DNA of 64,000 nt from Bryobacterales bacterium (GCA_963422375.2 OY729428.2:1760001-1824000), one strand, 5' to 3'; counted from the first letter of the stretch, positions 30,827-44,080 are shown. Numbers and translations: made by a program. Notes: generated from the letters alone by a model not told the origin.

Positions 30827-33171
30827 GGCTCCCCGCACTGCTGGCGGCCATCGCGGCGGCCGCGTCGGCGCAGAGTCCGGAGATCGAGCACTTTGAGCGC
30901 CGAATCAGGCCGGTGCTAGCGGAGCAGTGCGAGCCCTGTCATTCGTCCAGTCTGCCCGAGCCGATGGGCGGCCTGCGCGCGGACAGCCGCGAGGGCTTGC
31001 TGGCAGGCGGGCAGTCCGGACCGGCCGTCGTGCCCGGATCGCCCGACTCGAGCCTTGTCATGAAGGCCTTGCTCTATCGCGACCCCGCGCTCAAGATGCC
31101 GCCTTCTGGCAGGCTGCCGGACAGGGTGGTGGACGACTTTCGGGCGTGGATCGCGGCCGGAGCGCCGGACTCCCGCGGCCGGCCAATGGCGGACGCGGCG
31201 AACACCTCCGGGGAATCGGACGGACCGGGCACACCGATTGACGAGGGGCGCCAATGGTGGGCGTTCCAGCCCTTGCAGGAGCGGGTCTCCCCGGCGCTTT
31301 CCGATCCTGCTTGGACCCTGAGGAAGATCGACGCGTTCGTGCTCGCAAGGCTCGAGCGCCACGGCCTGCGACCGTCCCCCGAGGCGAACCCGAGAACCTT
31401 GGTGCGGAGGGCCTTCCTCGATCTGACAGGGCTGCCCCCGACCTACGCACAGGTTGAGAGCTACGCACGAAACTGGTCGCCCGAAGCCTACGCGGAGTTA
31501 ATCGATGAGTTGCTGCGGTCCCCCCGCTACGGAGAGCGCTGGGGACGGTACTGGTTGGACGTGGCCCGCTGGGCCGAGGACCACCCGACTACCGAGGCCA
31601 CCAACCGTCCCTTCGACTTCGCTTGGCGTTACAGGGACTGGGTGATCGAGGCCGTCAACACGGACATCCCGTACGACCGCTTTGTTCGCATGCAGTTCGC
31701 GGCGGACCTGCTCCCCGGCTTCGTCCCGTCCGACATGCGGGCGCTCGGCTACCTCGGCAATGCGCCGGTCTATCACAAGGACCGCCGCCTGTCCGGCGAC
31801 GTGATAGAGACGATCGCCAGCGACGACTGGGACGAGCGGGTCGACGCGGTGACGCGCGGCCTGCTGGGCCTGACCGTCGCCTGTGCCCGCTGCCACGACC
31901 ACAAGTTCGATCCGATCACCGCTGAGGACTACTACGGGCTCGCCGGGGTCTTCGCCAGCATGTGGCCGGCCAGCCGTCCCATGGTCGCGATGAAGGCCGA
32001 GCGGGCGCGCTGGCTGACCGAGCGGCACGAAAAGCTGTACCGCCTCAAGGGCACCTACGGCAATCTGAAGGACTTGGAGACCGTCGCCGAGGAGCTTCAT
32101 GCGGGCATCATGGCCATGAAGCCCGAGTACGAGGCGCTCGAGCGGGAACTTGCCGCCCACGAAGTTCCCATGACCCCGGCGGTCGTCGACTGGGGCGTGT
32201 GGGTGGACGGCTCGACGCCGACAGTCACGCGGATGGATTTGCGTCCGGGCCAGCCGCGCGACCTGCCGGTCTTCGTCCGCGGCAATGTCGCCAATCCAGG
32301 CAGGATCGTGCGGCGGCGCTTTCTGAGCGTGTTTGAGGCGAGGCATCCCCCGCCGTTCGAGCGCGGCTCGGGACGCTTGGACCTAGCGAACAAGATCGTC
32401 GGGGAGGCCGGCCCCCTCGCCGCGCGCGTGTGGGTGAACCGGGTCTGGGGATGGCACTTCGGCAGGCACCTCGTCCGGACGCCTTCGGATTTCGGGACGC
32501 AGGGCCAGAAGCCCACGCATCCCGCATTGCTCGAGGATCTGGCGGCTCGATTCGTGGGCAGCGGCTGGTCGCTGAAGTGGCTCCACCGCGAGATCATGCT
32601 GTCCGCGACATACCGGCAAGCCAGCCGTTACGTCGAGGTGTTGCAAGCGGAAGACCCTACGAACCGGTGGATGTGGCGAACGAATCCCCGGAGGCTCGAT
32701 GTCGAAGCTTGGCGTGACTCGATCCTCATGGCGTCCGGCGAGCTCGATACTGCCATGGGCGGTCCGTCGGAGGATATCGACGGCAGCTCGTCGGCTCGCC
32801 GGTCGGTGTATTCGCGAATCAGCCGGGCGCGCCTGCACCCCGTGTTGCAGCTGTACGACTTCCCGCTTGCGACGCAGCACAGTCCGGCCCGGCAGGTCAC
32901 CACGACGCCGTTGCAGCAGCTCTTCGTGCTCAACAGCAGTTGGATGCAGGCTCGCGGGCGCAGTCTGGCCGATAGCGTGGCCGCTGTCCGGGGCCGCGCC
33001 GAGCGCGTCGAGGCCTTGTACCGACAGGCGCTCGCCCGCGATCCGACCGAGCGAGAGACCGATCTGGCTCTGGAGTACTTGGAGGCCCGGCGGCAAGAGC
33101 TCGGTCGCGAGCCTTGGGAGGAGTACGCTCACAGCATCCTCGGGACGACCGAGATCAGCTTCCTGAATTAG
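30823..33171 (+). CDS. Planctomycete cytochrome c + DUF1549/DUF1553 (PSD1) protein
   Basis: ATG overlaps the upstream TGA; CEPCH heme motif, YGERWGRYWLDVAR, CARCHDHKFDP, PTHPALL. Confidence 0.9.
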   Translation: MRLPALLAAIAAAASAQSPEIEHFERRIRPVLAEQCEPCHSSSLPEPMGGLRADSREGLLAGGQSGPAVVPGSPDSSLVMKALLYRDPALKMPPSGRLPDRVVDDFRAWIAAGAPDSRGRPMADAANTSGESDGPGTPIDEGRQWWAFQPLQERVSPALSDPAWTLRKIDAFVLARLERHGLRPSPEANPRTLVRRAFLDLTGLPPTYAQVESYARNWSPEAYAELIDELLRSPRYGERWGRYWLDVARWAEDHPTTEATNRPFDFAWRYRDWVIEAVNTDIPYDRFVRMQFAADLLPGFVPSDMRALGYLGNAPVYHKDRRLSGDVIETIASDDWDERVDAVTRGLLGLTVACARCHDHKFDPITAEDYYGLAGVFASMWPASRPMVAMKAERARWLTERHEKLYRLKGTYGNLKDLETVAEELHAGIMAMKPEYEALERELAAHEVPMTPAVVDWGVWVDGSTPTVTRMDLRPGQPRDLPVFVRGNVANPGRIVRRRFLSVFEARHPPPFERGSGRLDLANKIVGEAGPLAARVWVNRVWGWHFGRHLVRTPSDFGTQGQKPTHPALLEDLAARFVGSGWSLKWLHREIMLSATYRQASRYVEVLQAEDPTNRWMWRTNPRRLDVEAWRDSILMASGELDTAMGGPSEDIDGSSSARRSVYSRISRARLHPVLQLYDFPLATQHSPARQVTTTPLQQLFVLNSSWMQARGRSLADSVAAVRGRAERVEALYRQALARDPTERETDLALEYLEARRQELGREPWEEYAHSILGTTEISFLN

Positions 33172-33849
33172 GCGTGAGGCTCGCTACTGACGCCGGTCGC
33201 CAGCTGAGGCGAACGCGACGGCCCGCCGACCGTCAATCGGAGCAGCGCAACGAGGCGCATCTCGCAGCTGCCCTCTTGGTCGCTCTCCCTGCAGATTCGG
33301 CATGCGTGCGGCCGGGCAGCCCGAGGTCCTCCCCGATTCCTTCCGGCCGGACAGTCGTGCGCTGCCATTTCCTGCCCGTGTCGCAGCTCCGGGCTGAGCG
33401 AGGCGCTTGCACTGGCGGCAGGTTCGCCCCGAACCGGGCGGAGCGACCGACCGTGCAGCGGGGAGTCGAGCGCAGCGTCTGGGACGAGTGCAGGTTGTTC
33501 GGCACGCTCGGATCCGAGCGGTATGCGCCGGGGAACCGGCGTCCCTAACGCGATCAAGCCCAGTCCGCCAGCGTCCGCCGGATCGTGGCCCGGATGTCGC
33601 GGATCCCTCGCCAGGCCAGCTGCGACCGCAGCGGCTGAGCAGCCCCTCGGCACGAGCCAGATTCGTGAATGATGCAGGCTTGAAGTGGCAGGAATGCGCG
33701 TTTGCTCGCCTCCCGACTCTCCTGAGGCGGATCTGGCCGAGCGGCTCATCAGAACTCGCTAGCCGACAACGGCTCCGTGCGGGCTGGCATCCCGTCCGCG
33801 GGCCCAGCGACCATGCACGGGAGCCGCCACCGAGCCTTGGCCTCGCGCT

Positions 33850-34869
33850 CTACTCGGCACCGACGAGAGGCTCGCCCCATCGTGACTGGCGGTACGTTAG
33901 GTGCTGGATGCCGGGCTCGCTGCCGAAGTCTGACGGCATCCCCTCCAACGCCGCGTCAATCCAAGCCGCATCGAACTGCTCCCACGCCGCCTCTTCTGGA
34001 GCGTCGGTGTGGCTGACGGGCAAGGACATCGTCCAGCGCGGGCAATCGAGGTGGGCGAAGATCGCAAGCACGGTCTCGGGCGGCACGACATCGTCCATTC
34101 GACCGTAGCCGGCGATCACCGGGCACTGGACGAAGGGCGCGAAGTTCATCGAATCGAAGTAGCTGAGGGTGCGCATTACCCGGTCCCGCTCCGACGGGAG
34201 GGCCTCGATGTATCGCCGCGTCTCGACCGCGCTTCCTCTCTTGACGAGCCGGTGCCGGCCCTCGTGCCAGCCGAAGGTCGGGACCCCGGCCGCTACGAGA
34301 CCCGCCGACTGGGTCACGGCCTCGGTCATCAGCGCCAGCGCTCCCGAGAAACTGTAGCCGTGGAACACGAGATCTCTCGTCCTGCCACCGAACAGCTGGG
34401 TGCCCGCCTCGACGGCCCGCGCGTAGTCGCAGACCGCCCCTCTCAGCACGGACGTTCTCGGGGATCCGATGCCGGTCACCATGTAGCCCCATGGCGAGCG
34501 GTTCTGCACAGAATCGAACGATTCGCCGAATCCCCTGACGTCGAAGCCCAGGATGTTGAGCCCGCTGAGACCCCAGAGCCATTGAACAGCGGACCGTCCG
34601 CCGTAGCCGTGCGCGTGAATGACGAGCGGGCGAGGGCGGTCGTCATTCCACCCGAGCGCGTACCCGCGCAGCCTCGCGCCTGCGAGGGAAGTGAAGCGCA
34701 GGCGGGCGGCCCTGAGTTCCTTGTACGGCTGGCGCGCGAAGTCCGCCACCTCAAGGGCGATTTCGGTCGCTTGCAGCTCGGCCAATGTCTCCGCCCAGAA
34801 CTCGCTGAAGTCCGGCGGCGTCGTCAGGGCTGGGGTGCCGCCCGGAGTCGGGTCAGCCCGCGAATTCAT
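33850..34869 (-). CDS. Acetyl xylan esterase / cephalosporin-C deacetylase (CE7-like alpha/beta hydrolase)
   Basis: PPDFSEFWAETL, HGYGG, DVRG, GYSFSG nucleophile elbow, TLSYFD, DDVVPP. Confidence 0.8.
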   Translation of the reverse strand: MNSRADPTPGGTPALTTPPDFSEFWAETLAELQATEIALEVADFARQPYKELRAARLRFTSLAGARLRGYALGWNDDRPRPLVIHAHGYGGRSAVQWLWGLSGLNILGFDVRGFGESFDSVQNRSPWGYMVTGIGSPRTSVLRGAVCDYARAVEAGTQLFGGRTRDLVFHGYSFSGALALMTEAVTQSAGLVAAGVPTFGWHEGRHRLVKRGSAVETRRYIEALPSERDRVMRTLSYFDSMNFAPFVQCPVIAGYGRMDDVVPPETVLAIFAHLDCPRWTMSLPVSHTDAPEEAAWEQFDAAWIDAALEGMPSDFGSEPGIQHLTYRQSRWGEPLVGAE

Positions 34870-35002
34870 GCGCCTAGGGGTCCATCCGGCTGCTCCGCTA
34901 GGGAGCGCGCGGATCCATGTGGAATGCTAGCATCTTGGAGCGCTGGCGGCGCGAGCCTCGCTCTCTGCCCGCCGGTCCTCCCGCCGGTCAGAGTGAGGCG
35001 CT

Positions 35003-36487
35003 GTGCAGACTCCGCTTGACCTGCTGCGAGAGTCGGGATTCTTCGAGGGCTTCGCCGACGCCGACCTTGTCGCCCTCGCCAGCGATGCCGTGCGGCTGAG
35101 CTTTGGCAAGGGCGATCGCGTCGTACAGGAGGGCCGACCTTCCAATCGCTTGTTCATTCTAGTCTCGGGCACCTTGGAGCTCTCCTTCTCAGACGCCCAG
35201 GCAACCGGCGAGATGGATCCGCAGGTGGCCGAGGGCCCGAGCAGCATCGTGATTCATTCGATCAACGAACCGGGAGCATTGATTGGATGGTCCTCGATGG
35301 TCGAGCCGTTCGTGTGCCGGGCCACCGCCACCGCGCTCGAGACGACGCGCATGATCGCGCTCGGCAGGGATGCCGTCGATGCGTACTGCCAGAGCCATCC
35401 GGAGTTCGGGCTCCGGTTCGTCAAGCGCATCCTCTGGGCGCTCGGCGAGCGGATCGGGCGCAGCAGGGCGCAGCTGGCCGCGCGAGGCCATTCTCGCGAG
35501 GCCGAGAGAGTTCGCATGTTGCTGGCCGAGCGCGGCGAGCGGCTGGGGGTGAAGTCGCCGCTCTACAAGGTGCCGGTGTATCTCGAGGACCGTCTGACGG
35601 CGGCCGATGCGTACGACACGCTCGACGAGGTGGCGCTCTCCGCCGATGAGCTGGAGAGGGGGCTCGCGGTCGAGTGCCGGCGGCTGATCGCCGACTTCGA
35701 GCGGGAGGCGCGCGTGTTTCGACAGCTGCAGCGCATCTACGACTCGGTGGCCCAGGCGCCGGACTGCGCGGCGCCGGAGGATGTCCGGCGAATTTGCTGC
35801 CGCGGCTTCCAGAAGCTGTACGCCCTCACGGACTACCGCGTGGCAGGCTGGGAGAACCTGCCGTCCGAGAGCGGCTTCATCGTGCTGATGAACCACCTCT
35901 CGAACCACCCCGAGAACACTCTGCCTAATCGGTTCCAGCTCACGCTCGACACGCATTTCGTCAGCGCGATGATCCTTTTCGAGCGCTACGGCGAGCCGCC
36001 CGTGCGGGTGGTGCGGCAAGCCGCGCCGGACGAGGCCGGCCACCGGCGCTACTTTGATCGGTTCGGCTACATCACAGTGACGGCCGGGCCCGCTCCCGGC
36101 CCGCCCGGCGAAGCGCGGAGCCGCTTGGCCGCGATTCGCCGCCAGTTCCTCGAGCAGGCCCGGAGCGAGCTCGCGGCAGGCAGCAACTTGGTGATCTGTC
36201 CCGAGGGAGGCTCCACCGTGACGGAGTCGTCGCCGATGGCGTTCCGGGCGGGAGGCTTCCGCATCGCGAGGAGCGCCCGGCCGGAACCGCTGCTGCTGCC
36301 GATCGCCGTGGCCAACTTCGACAAGCAGATCGGCCGTACGCGCTTGGCGGCCAAGATCTACCCACCCATTCGGCTCTCGGACTCGGTCCCCCCCGAAGAT
36401 TCCGACAAGGACTTCTACTCATTTATCAACGGGCTCCGCGAGCGCTACCGAGGGTTCGTGCGCGAGGCGCGCCAGCTGGCCGCCTAG
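35003..36487 (+). CDS. Cyclic nucleotide-binding domain fused to a PlsC-like acyltransferase domain
   Basis: N-terminal FxKGDxVVQEG..LFILVSG..GALIGWS..ATATA; C-terminal GWENLP..IVLMNH, VICPEG, AFRAGGF, LLPIA. Confidence 0.75.
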   Translation: MQTPLDLLRESGFFEGFADADLVALASDAVRLSFGKGDRVVQEGRPSNRLFILVSGTLELSFSDAQATGEMDPQVAEGPSSIVIHSINEPGALIGWSSMVEPFVCRATATALETTRMIALGRDAVDAYCQSHPEFGLRFVKRILWALGERIGRSRAQLAARGHSREAERVRMLLAERGERLGVKSPLYKVPVYLEDRLTAADAYDTLDEVALSADELERGLAVECRRLIADFEREARVFRQLQRIYDSVAQAPDCAAPEDVRRICCRGFQKLYALTDYRVAGWENLPSESGFIVLMNHLSNHPENTLPNRFQLTLDTHFVSAMILFERYGEPPVRVVRQAAPDEAGHRRYFDRFGYITVTAGPAPGPPGEARSRLAAIRRQFLEQARSELAAGSNLVICPEGGSTVTESSPMAFRAGGFRIARSARPEPLLLPIAVANFDKQIGRTRLAAKIYPPIRLSDSVPPEDSDKDFYSFINGLRERYRGFVREARQLAA

Positions 36488-36605
36488 ATCCGGCGCGCGG
36501 TGCGCCGGCGGCTCGGCACCGACGGATGGCAGCGGTCGGGTCGAGGGCGCCCTGCGGGCCGCTCGGCTCGGCAACGGCGAGCCCCCGCGCCGAACTGCGC
36601 CCCGG

Positions 36606-37067
36606 TCATTCGAATACGATGCGGTCCTTCCTCGCCTTGATCTTCGCGGTGTCGATGCCCGGCACCGCGAGCAGATCCTCGAGCGACTGGAAAGGGCCGC
36701 GCTCTTGCCGGAAGCGCAGTACCGCCGCCGCTTCCGAGCGCCTGAGGGACAGGCGGCTCTCCAGGTGGATGGCTCGGGCCCGGTTGACGTTGACCGGAGG
36801 GGCCTCCTCCGCGGGGAAGTGCCTAGCTAGGTAATCGACCAGCGTCAGCAGCTCGATGTCCGTAGCCTTCACGCCCAGGCCGACCATCTTGGTCAGCGTC
36901 GCGGCCCAGCCGTTCCTGTCCTGGCGCAGCGAGATCGATTGGCCGATGTCGTGGCACCCCTGGCAGAGTCTCTCGGCCTCCGGCTTGCCCGGTCCTTCGG
37001 GGAGGCTCGACCCCGGCAGCTGACTTGCGGCGGCCAGCAGGAGCGCGATCGTCAGGGAGGTGCGCAT
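36606..37067 (-). CDS. Secreted cytochrome c + ComEA-like helix-hairpin-helix protein
   Basis: Signal peptide, LPEGPGK, CQGCH, VNVNRA...GPFQSLEDLLAVPGID. Confidence 0.82.
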   Translation of the reverse strand: MRTSLTIALLLAAASQLPGSSLPEGPGKPEAERLCQGCHDIGQSISLRQDRNGWAATLTKMVGLGVKATDIELLTLVDYLARHFPAEEAPPVNVNRARAIHLESRLSLRRSEAAAVLRFRQERGPFQSLEDLLAVPGIDTAKIKARKDRIVFE

Positions 37068-38570
37068 CTAGCGCTCCATCGGGAAGCCGAACGCGTAGAC
37101 GGCGCTGTCGGATGTGGTCAGGTACACCTGCCCGGGTCCTGCGGACAGCACGTTGCCCCGCGCCGTGGACTTGATCGAATCGCCGCTGTCCCACAGCGCC
37201 CGGCCGGTCGTGCCGTCGAGCGCGTAGAGCCTGGCCGCTCCGGAGGAAGGCCCTCCGTCGAGCGCGAACACGACTCCGTTGACGATGATCGGGGGCAGGG
37301 GCGCATCCATTCGGGGGGACTCCCAGCCCTTCGCCACTCGCTTGGCGTCGCCGCTCCCATCGACCCTCCACGCCGTCACGCCCTCGGCCGCCGGAACGAG
37401 CACCCAATGCGTGCCGCTAGGATCCCGCCATGCGGCCAAGGCCGTGTCCTCGGGCTGGCCCGTCGCGCCCGCGGAGGCGGTGGCGAGCTGCGCAAGCGTC
37501 GCGCCCTCGTAAATTCGGAGCGAGCCGTCCCTCGCGACCGCCGCCACGCAATCGCTGCCTCCGTGGTCGAACACGACCGGCGACGACAGAAAGCCGACGG
37601 CCTCGCTCCTGGCTCGGAGAGCCAGCGTCCGGCCGTCCAGCGCCACCAAGGCGCCGTCGCTGGTCGTCGCGTAAACCGTGCCGTCCGGGCCGAACGCGAC
37701 GCCCGCCGACCCGACAACGGATCCGCCGTCCGACTTCCACGAGATGACCGTGCCCGACTCGAGGTCGAGGGCCCAGACCGCGTCGGGAGCGCCGTTGCAC
37801 GAGTTGCTGGACGCCACGTAGGCCGTGCCGTCCACGACGATCAGGCCGCGGGCGTTGACGTTGGCCTGCAGGAACCGCACCGGTGGGACACGGTCCCGGC
37901 CATTGGAAACGTACAGCGAGTGGAGCATGCCGTCAGCGGACAGCGCGTAGACGAGCATCACGCCGCGCAGCGCTCTCCGCGCGGGCGGCCGCGTCCGGGC
38001 CGACGCCGGCCGTTGTTGCGGACGTTGGGTCGACGCGGGGATCTCGGCGAGCGTCACGGCTCCTTCTTTGGGCCTCCCGACGCCGCTCTTCGCGGGGGAG
38101 CGCCGCCCGCGGGCTCCGAAGCCCAGCGAGGACGGCATCGCCGCGGCCGTGGGGCGAGTCAGGTTGGCTGTCATTCCCCCGGGGCATTCCGGAGTGCTCG
38201 CGCGCGGCCCGGGCAGGAAGTGCCGCTCCCATTCCATGCGGGCGAGGTCGGTATCCATGACGTACACCCCGCCCGAACTCCCGCCCACGAACGCCAGCGA
38301 ACGGAAGCCTCGGTGGCTGATGAGGAAGTCCAGCAGCGCCGGCGCGGTGAGCGCGTTCCCGCTGCGCGCCTCGTTGGGCAGATCGATCTTCCAGAGGAAC
38401 CTAAATTCGGGGGCGCGCACCGTCGACGGCGAGGTCTTGGCGTCGGACCGCACCCACGAGGACCGCTGGGCGTCGGATCCCACCGAAGTCCAGTCGTCGG
38501 AGCGGGCTCCGGGCGCGGCCAGCGCGAGCACGGCGAACAGGGAAGCGAGAAAGGCCTTCGAATCGAGCAT
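37068..38570 (-). CDS. PQQ-binding-like beta-propeller protein
   Basis: Signal peptide, W..G.DAQRSSW, LWK, VWALDL, LYALDGTTGRALWDS, VYAFG. Confidence 0.8.
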   Translation of the reverse strand: MLDSKAFLASLFAVLALAAPGARSDDWTSVGSDAQRSSWVRSDAKTSPSTVRAPEFRFLWKIDLPNEARSGNALTAPALLDFLISHRGFRSLAFVGGSSGGVYVMDTDLARMEWERHFLPGPRASTPECPGGMTANLTRPTAAAMPSSLGFGARGRRSPAKSGVGRPKEGAVTLAEIPASTQRPQQRPASARTRPPARRALRGVMLVYALSADGMLHSLYVSNGRDRVPPVRFLQANVNARGLIVVDGTAYVASSNSCNGAPDAVWALDLESGTVISWKSDGGSVVGSAGVAFGPDGTVYATTSDGALVALDGRTLALRARSEAVGFLSSPVVFDHGGSDCVAAVARDGSLRIYEGATLAQLATASAGATGQPEDTALAAWRDPSGTHWVLVPAAEGVTAWRVDGSGDAKRVAKGWESPRMDAPLPPIIVNGVVFALDGGPSSGAARLYALDGTTGRALWDSGDSIKSTARGNVLSAGPGQVYLTTSDSAVYAFGFPMER

Positions 38571-38656
38571 GGCAAGCGTATCGCGAAAGGCGGAATGCCC
38601 GGCAGACGATCAATCATATCGTTGCGGACTAGAATGGTTCAACAGGTTTGGCCTCC

Positions 38657-40207
<1,551 letters not shown>

Positions 40208-40330
40208 GGTCCGGCAGGGCCAGTGACCGGCTGTCCCGAAGCGGTGGCCGGCAGCGCGCCCGCCATGGGCTGCTTCGACCGAAGTCATTGGGAACTGCGT
40301 GGCGGCGAGGAGGTGAGCTCGGAATCTTCG

Positions 40331-41863
40331 GGAAATTATATATCTGAGTGCCGACAACGCCATGGTCCGACTAGAACTGCTGTGAGCAGGGAGGTGGGTG
40401 TCGAGCTGGGGTCATGCGAGTGCGGCCGCGGCGGGCACAGAGGGGTGGGGTGTGGGATCGTATCTGAATCGAGCCTGCCAGCGGATTGGACGAGGAAGGG
40501 ACTAGAGAGGCCGCCTCGCATGCCCCGGTGGAACCCGGTTGGCGGTGGCAGGGCACGCCTTGCAAGCCGCTTGCAGGCCCTGCGAGGGCCGATGACAGCG
40601 GATCCCCGGCGCTCGACGGCCTGCATGGACGGTCCGGGCCGGACCGGGGTCGCGCCGGGGCATTCCGCATCCGGTGCGCCCCTCGCACCGAGCGTGAAGC
40701 GCACCGAGCGTGAAGCGCGCGCCCGCAGCGGGCTGCCGCGCTCAGCGCGGCGGGCGCCGCTCAGGCCGCGACCGCGGCCTTGCCGGTCAGCTGCCGGTAG
40801 GTCAGCGTCCGGCCGACCAAGCCCCGCGCCATGCGCCGCATCCGTTCCGCCGTGTCGCAGTCGCGGTTGTTGCACCGTCCCGCGAACTCCGTGAGGTAGC
40901 GGCCGAGATGACGGACGCTCATCCGGTGATAGGTTCCGTACAGGCCGCGCTTGAACAGGGACCGGAACGATTCGATGCCGTTCGTATGCGCTGCCCCGCG
41001 CACGTACTCGCCGCCGGAGCGCCGGAGTGCCTGACGGCTTCGTGCGGGAACTCCGCCATGCCGGCGTAGGCCGCCGCCTCGTCGGAGCGGACCTGCGCCC
41101 CCGGCGCGACGCGGGCGCGCGCGAAGCCCTGCAGGTCGCCCTCGGCGGTGCCCGGCAGCGGCCGCGCGGCCGCTGCGTTCGTGGCGCGGTCGCGCGCCCC
41201 CGCCACCGGGGTCTTGCCGACGGGCCCGCGCCCGGCGCGGGCCTTCTTCCTCTCGTGCTTGTTGCGTCCCTTGCCGCCGACGTAGGTCTCGTCCACTTCC
41301 ACCGGGCCGGCGAACAGGCCCCGATCCCGCTCCCGGCACGCGCGGATGCGGTGCGCGAGGTGCCGGGCCGACTTCCGGCTGATGCCTAGGTCGCGGTGCA
41401 GCTTCATGCTCGAGACGCCCTTGATGCCGGTGGTCAGCAGGAACAGGGCGACGGCCCGGGTGCGGTAGCCGAGCTCGGTGTCGGCCGTCACGCTGCCGGT
41501 GCGCACGGAAAAGCGCTTGCCGCAGCCGCGGCAACGGTACGGCATCGAAGGGTGGGCCGCGCCGGACTGCACGCTGGAGCCGCGGCAGCGGGGGCACGCG
41601 GGACCGTCCGGCCAGCGCATGGAGGCGAACCACTTTTCCGCGGATTCGTCATCGCGGAACATGGCGATCACTTCAATCAGAGTGATGCCTTTACGAAACC
41701 ACTTCCCGGGACCTTTCTGCTTCATATACGATCTCATATCTTGAAACTATTCTACCAAGAAACACTACCGAATGTCAACGGAACTCCGGAAGAAATAGGA
41801 AAATATCTAGTGGCATGATAATTTGTCGGCTTGGTTCCCTCGGCACTCAGATATATAATTCCC
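40331..41863 (-). mobile_element. IS1595-family element A3; frameshifted transposase 40761-41725
   Basis: Same TIRs as A1 and A2; TSD AATCTTCG / AATCTTTG (7/8); shares the 8-bp duplication with A2. Confidence 0.92.
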
Positions 41864-42203
41864 AATCTTTGACGGTGCCCTCGATGCCCGCGGTTCTGCG
41901 ATTCGGGCGGGGATGCGGCGCAACGGTGCAGTCGAGCAGCGCGGGGTTCCGCTCGGGGACTCTTTCCAAGCGGCTTCCCTTGTCCAGCACGTAGCCGCCC
42001 GCTCTCCGTCGATCCTGATCAGGTCGGCCCGAGCTCGCTTCGAGCGGCCCTCGCCCCTTCCGAGAATCCGGGGACAACCCGCCACTCTCCTCAGCATGCG
42101 GACCAGTGCTGCCTCCCATTGGCTGGCCAACCTCGGCGAGTTTTCATGTGGCGGCTCTGGAGGCGTGCCATTCGCTCCATTCCACGAATGCAACGATACA
42201 AAC

Positions 42204-43575
42204 CGCCCATTCAACTCCGAAGTGCGACACGCGCCGAGCCACAAGATGGCAGGGAGGGGAGAGGGGGGCAGCGAGCGGTGGTGTCGCGGCAGTAGGCTGG
42301 TAGGTGCTGGAAGGAGCAGGGAGGCGGATGCGGAAGAGCTACACGCACGTGACGCAGGAGGAGCGCTGCCGGATCGAGACGCTGCGGGCGGCGGGCTGGG
42401 GAGCGGGCAGGATCGCCGGGCAGCCGGGCCGCAACCGGGCCACGATCTACCGGGAAGTGAGCCGCAACGGCCGACCGGCGGAGGGCGAGCGCGCGGCGAG
42501 CTACAGCTTGGGGAGCGCGCGGGAGCGCGCGGAGCGGCGGCGGCGCGCGGCGTCGTGCCGGCCGCGCCAGCTGACGTCGGCGCTGCGGACGCGGATCGAG
42601 GACTGCCTGCGGCAGGACTGGAGCCCGGAGCAGGAGCCCGGAGCAGGTCGCGGCGCGGCTGAAGCGGGAAGGGGCGCTGGAGATCAGCCCTGAACGGATC
42701 TACCAGCTGGTGCGCGCGGAGCGGCGGCAGGGGGGCCGGCTGTACCGGCACCTGAGGCAGGGCGGCCGCAAGCGCGTGCGGCGGGTCGGCCGGACGGCGG
42801 GCCGCGGCCTGATCCCGGGGCGCGCGGACATCGCGGAGCGCCCGGCGGAGGCGCGAGCGCTGGTGACGCTGGTGGACCGGTTCTCTCAGTACCTGCTAGT
42901 GCAGCCGGTTAGCCGGCGCACGGCGCAGCTGGTCGGGGCGGCGATGACGGCCATGCTCGCAGGGAGCGGGGCCGTGACGCACACGCTCACGGCCGACAAC
43001 GGCAAGGAGTTCGCGGCAAGGAGTTCGCGGGGCACCGGGAGGTGGTGCAGCGGCTGGGGGCGGGCTTCTACTGCGCGCGGCCCTGCCACTCCTGGGAGCG
43101 CGGGCTGAACGAGCCTGCCAACGGGCTGCCGCGGCAGTACTTCCCGCAGGGGACGGACCTGCGGCGAGTGGACCCGGCCCGGGTGCGGGAGGCGCGGGAC
43201 CGCCTGAACCGGCGTCCGCGGAAGGTGCCGGGCGGGCGCACGCCGGAGGAAGTCTTCCCGGCGGAGCGGGAGCGGGTGCCGCGGGGCTGAGGCAGGGCTG
43301 GCAGCCCGCCGCCCCGGACAGGGGCGCGGGGGAGCTGCGCCCGGACAGGCGCGGACTCGACCCTCCGGGCCTTGCTGCGGTCGCTCCGCTCCCTGCGCAA
43401 GGCCCGGAGGGTCCCCGTTCCGGAAACGGGGCACGCCTGCCCGCCTGCCCGGGACGCGGCCCCCCGCTGCGGCCCGGCAGCGGCTTGTCCGGCGCCGCTG
43501 GATCTGCTACTGTGGTCCTAGTATCCCAGCCCACCGCCCCTTACCCGCGTGTCGCACTTCGGAGTTGAATGGGCG
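42204..43575 (+). mobile_element. IS30-family element; transposase pseudogene 42328-43290
   Basis: Perfect 30-bp TIR CGCCCATTCAACTCCGAAGTGCGACACGCG; 3-bp TSD AAC; TIYREVSRN, WSPEQ, TLTADNGKEFA, SWERGLNE, LNRRPRK; duplications and an apparent internal deletion. Confidence 0.93.
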
Positions 43576-44080
43576 AACATTATCGCTAGGCAACATAGCT
43601 GGGAGCAAGAGGGCCTTCAGGGAGGTCTGCGTTATTTCTTCCCAGAACAACCGCGAATTCTCACTCTGGCCAAGGGATTCTTCTGCCCGTTCTGGTCACG
43701 GGTCTGATCAATTAATAGAAGTAGTCCCCGGGAATTGACGAGTACAATCTCATTCCTGAGACGACGCGAAACATCGTAGTTCCGCTCGCGGTCCCCACCT
43801 GCAGCGCTCGCTGCGACGACCTCGCCGACGGGGATCTGCTCCAAGCGGGCATGGAACTACGGGGCACTGGGATCTCGACTCGGCAGCGGCGTAAGGCCCG
43901 TGCCGGCGGAGTGGCACGGTCTGGGCCAAGGGCGGACGGCCGGCGAGCCGTGCGCCGCACCGGCGGAAGCGCCCGGCCGAACCGGAGATCCGGGCCGGGA
44001 CTGGTCGAGAGTGCCCGCGCGAGTGAATGCCCCGGCTCCGGCCGTGTCGCGGGATCGCGATTCGCAGTAGGGTGTAAGGC

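Noticed and set aside
33172..33849. Intergenic stretch (also 2991-3856, 5639-6171, 10200-10790, 43576-44080) examined for tRNA, riboswitch or gene remnants
   Set aside because: No recognisable motif, repeat or convincing coding signal by eye; an Rfam/BLASTx search would be needed.
43361..43411. Long hairpin CCCTCCGGGCCTTGC..GCAAGGCCCGGAGGG as an ncRNA
   Set aside because: It lies inside the IS30 element downstream of the transposase, where such hairpins are common; no independent evidence.
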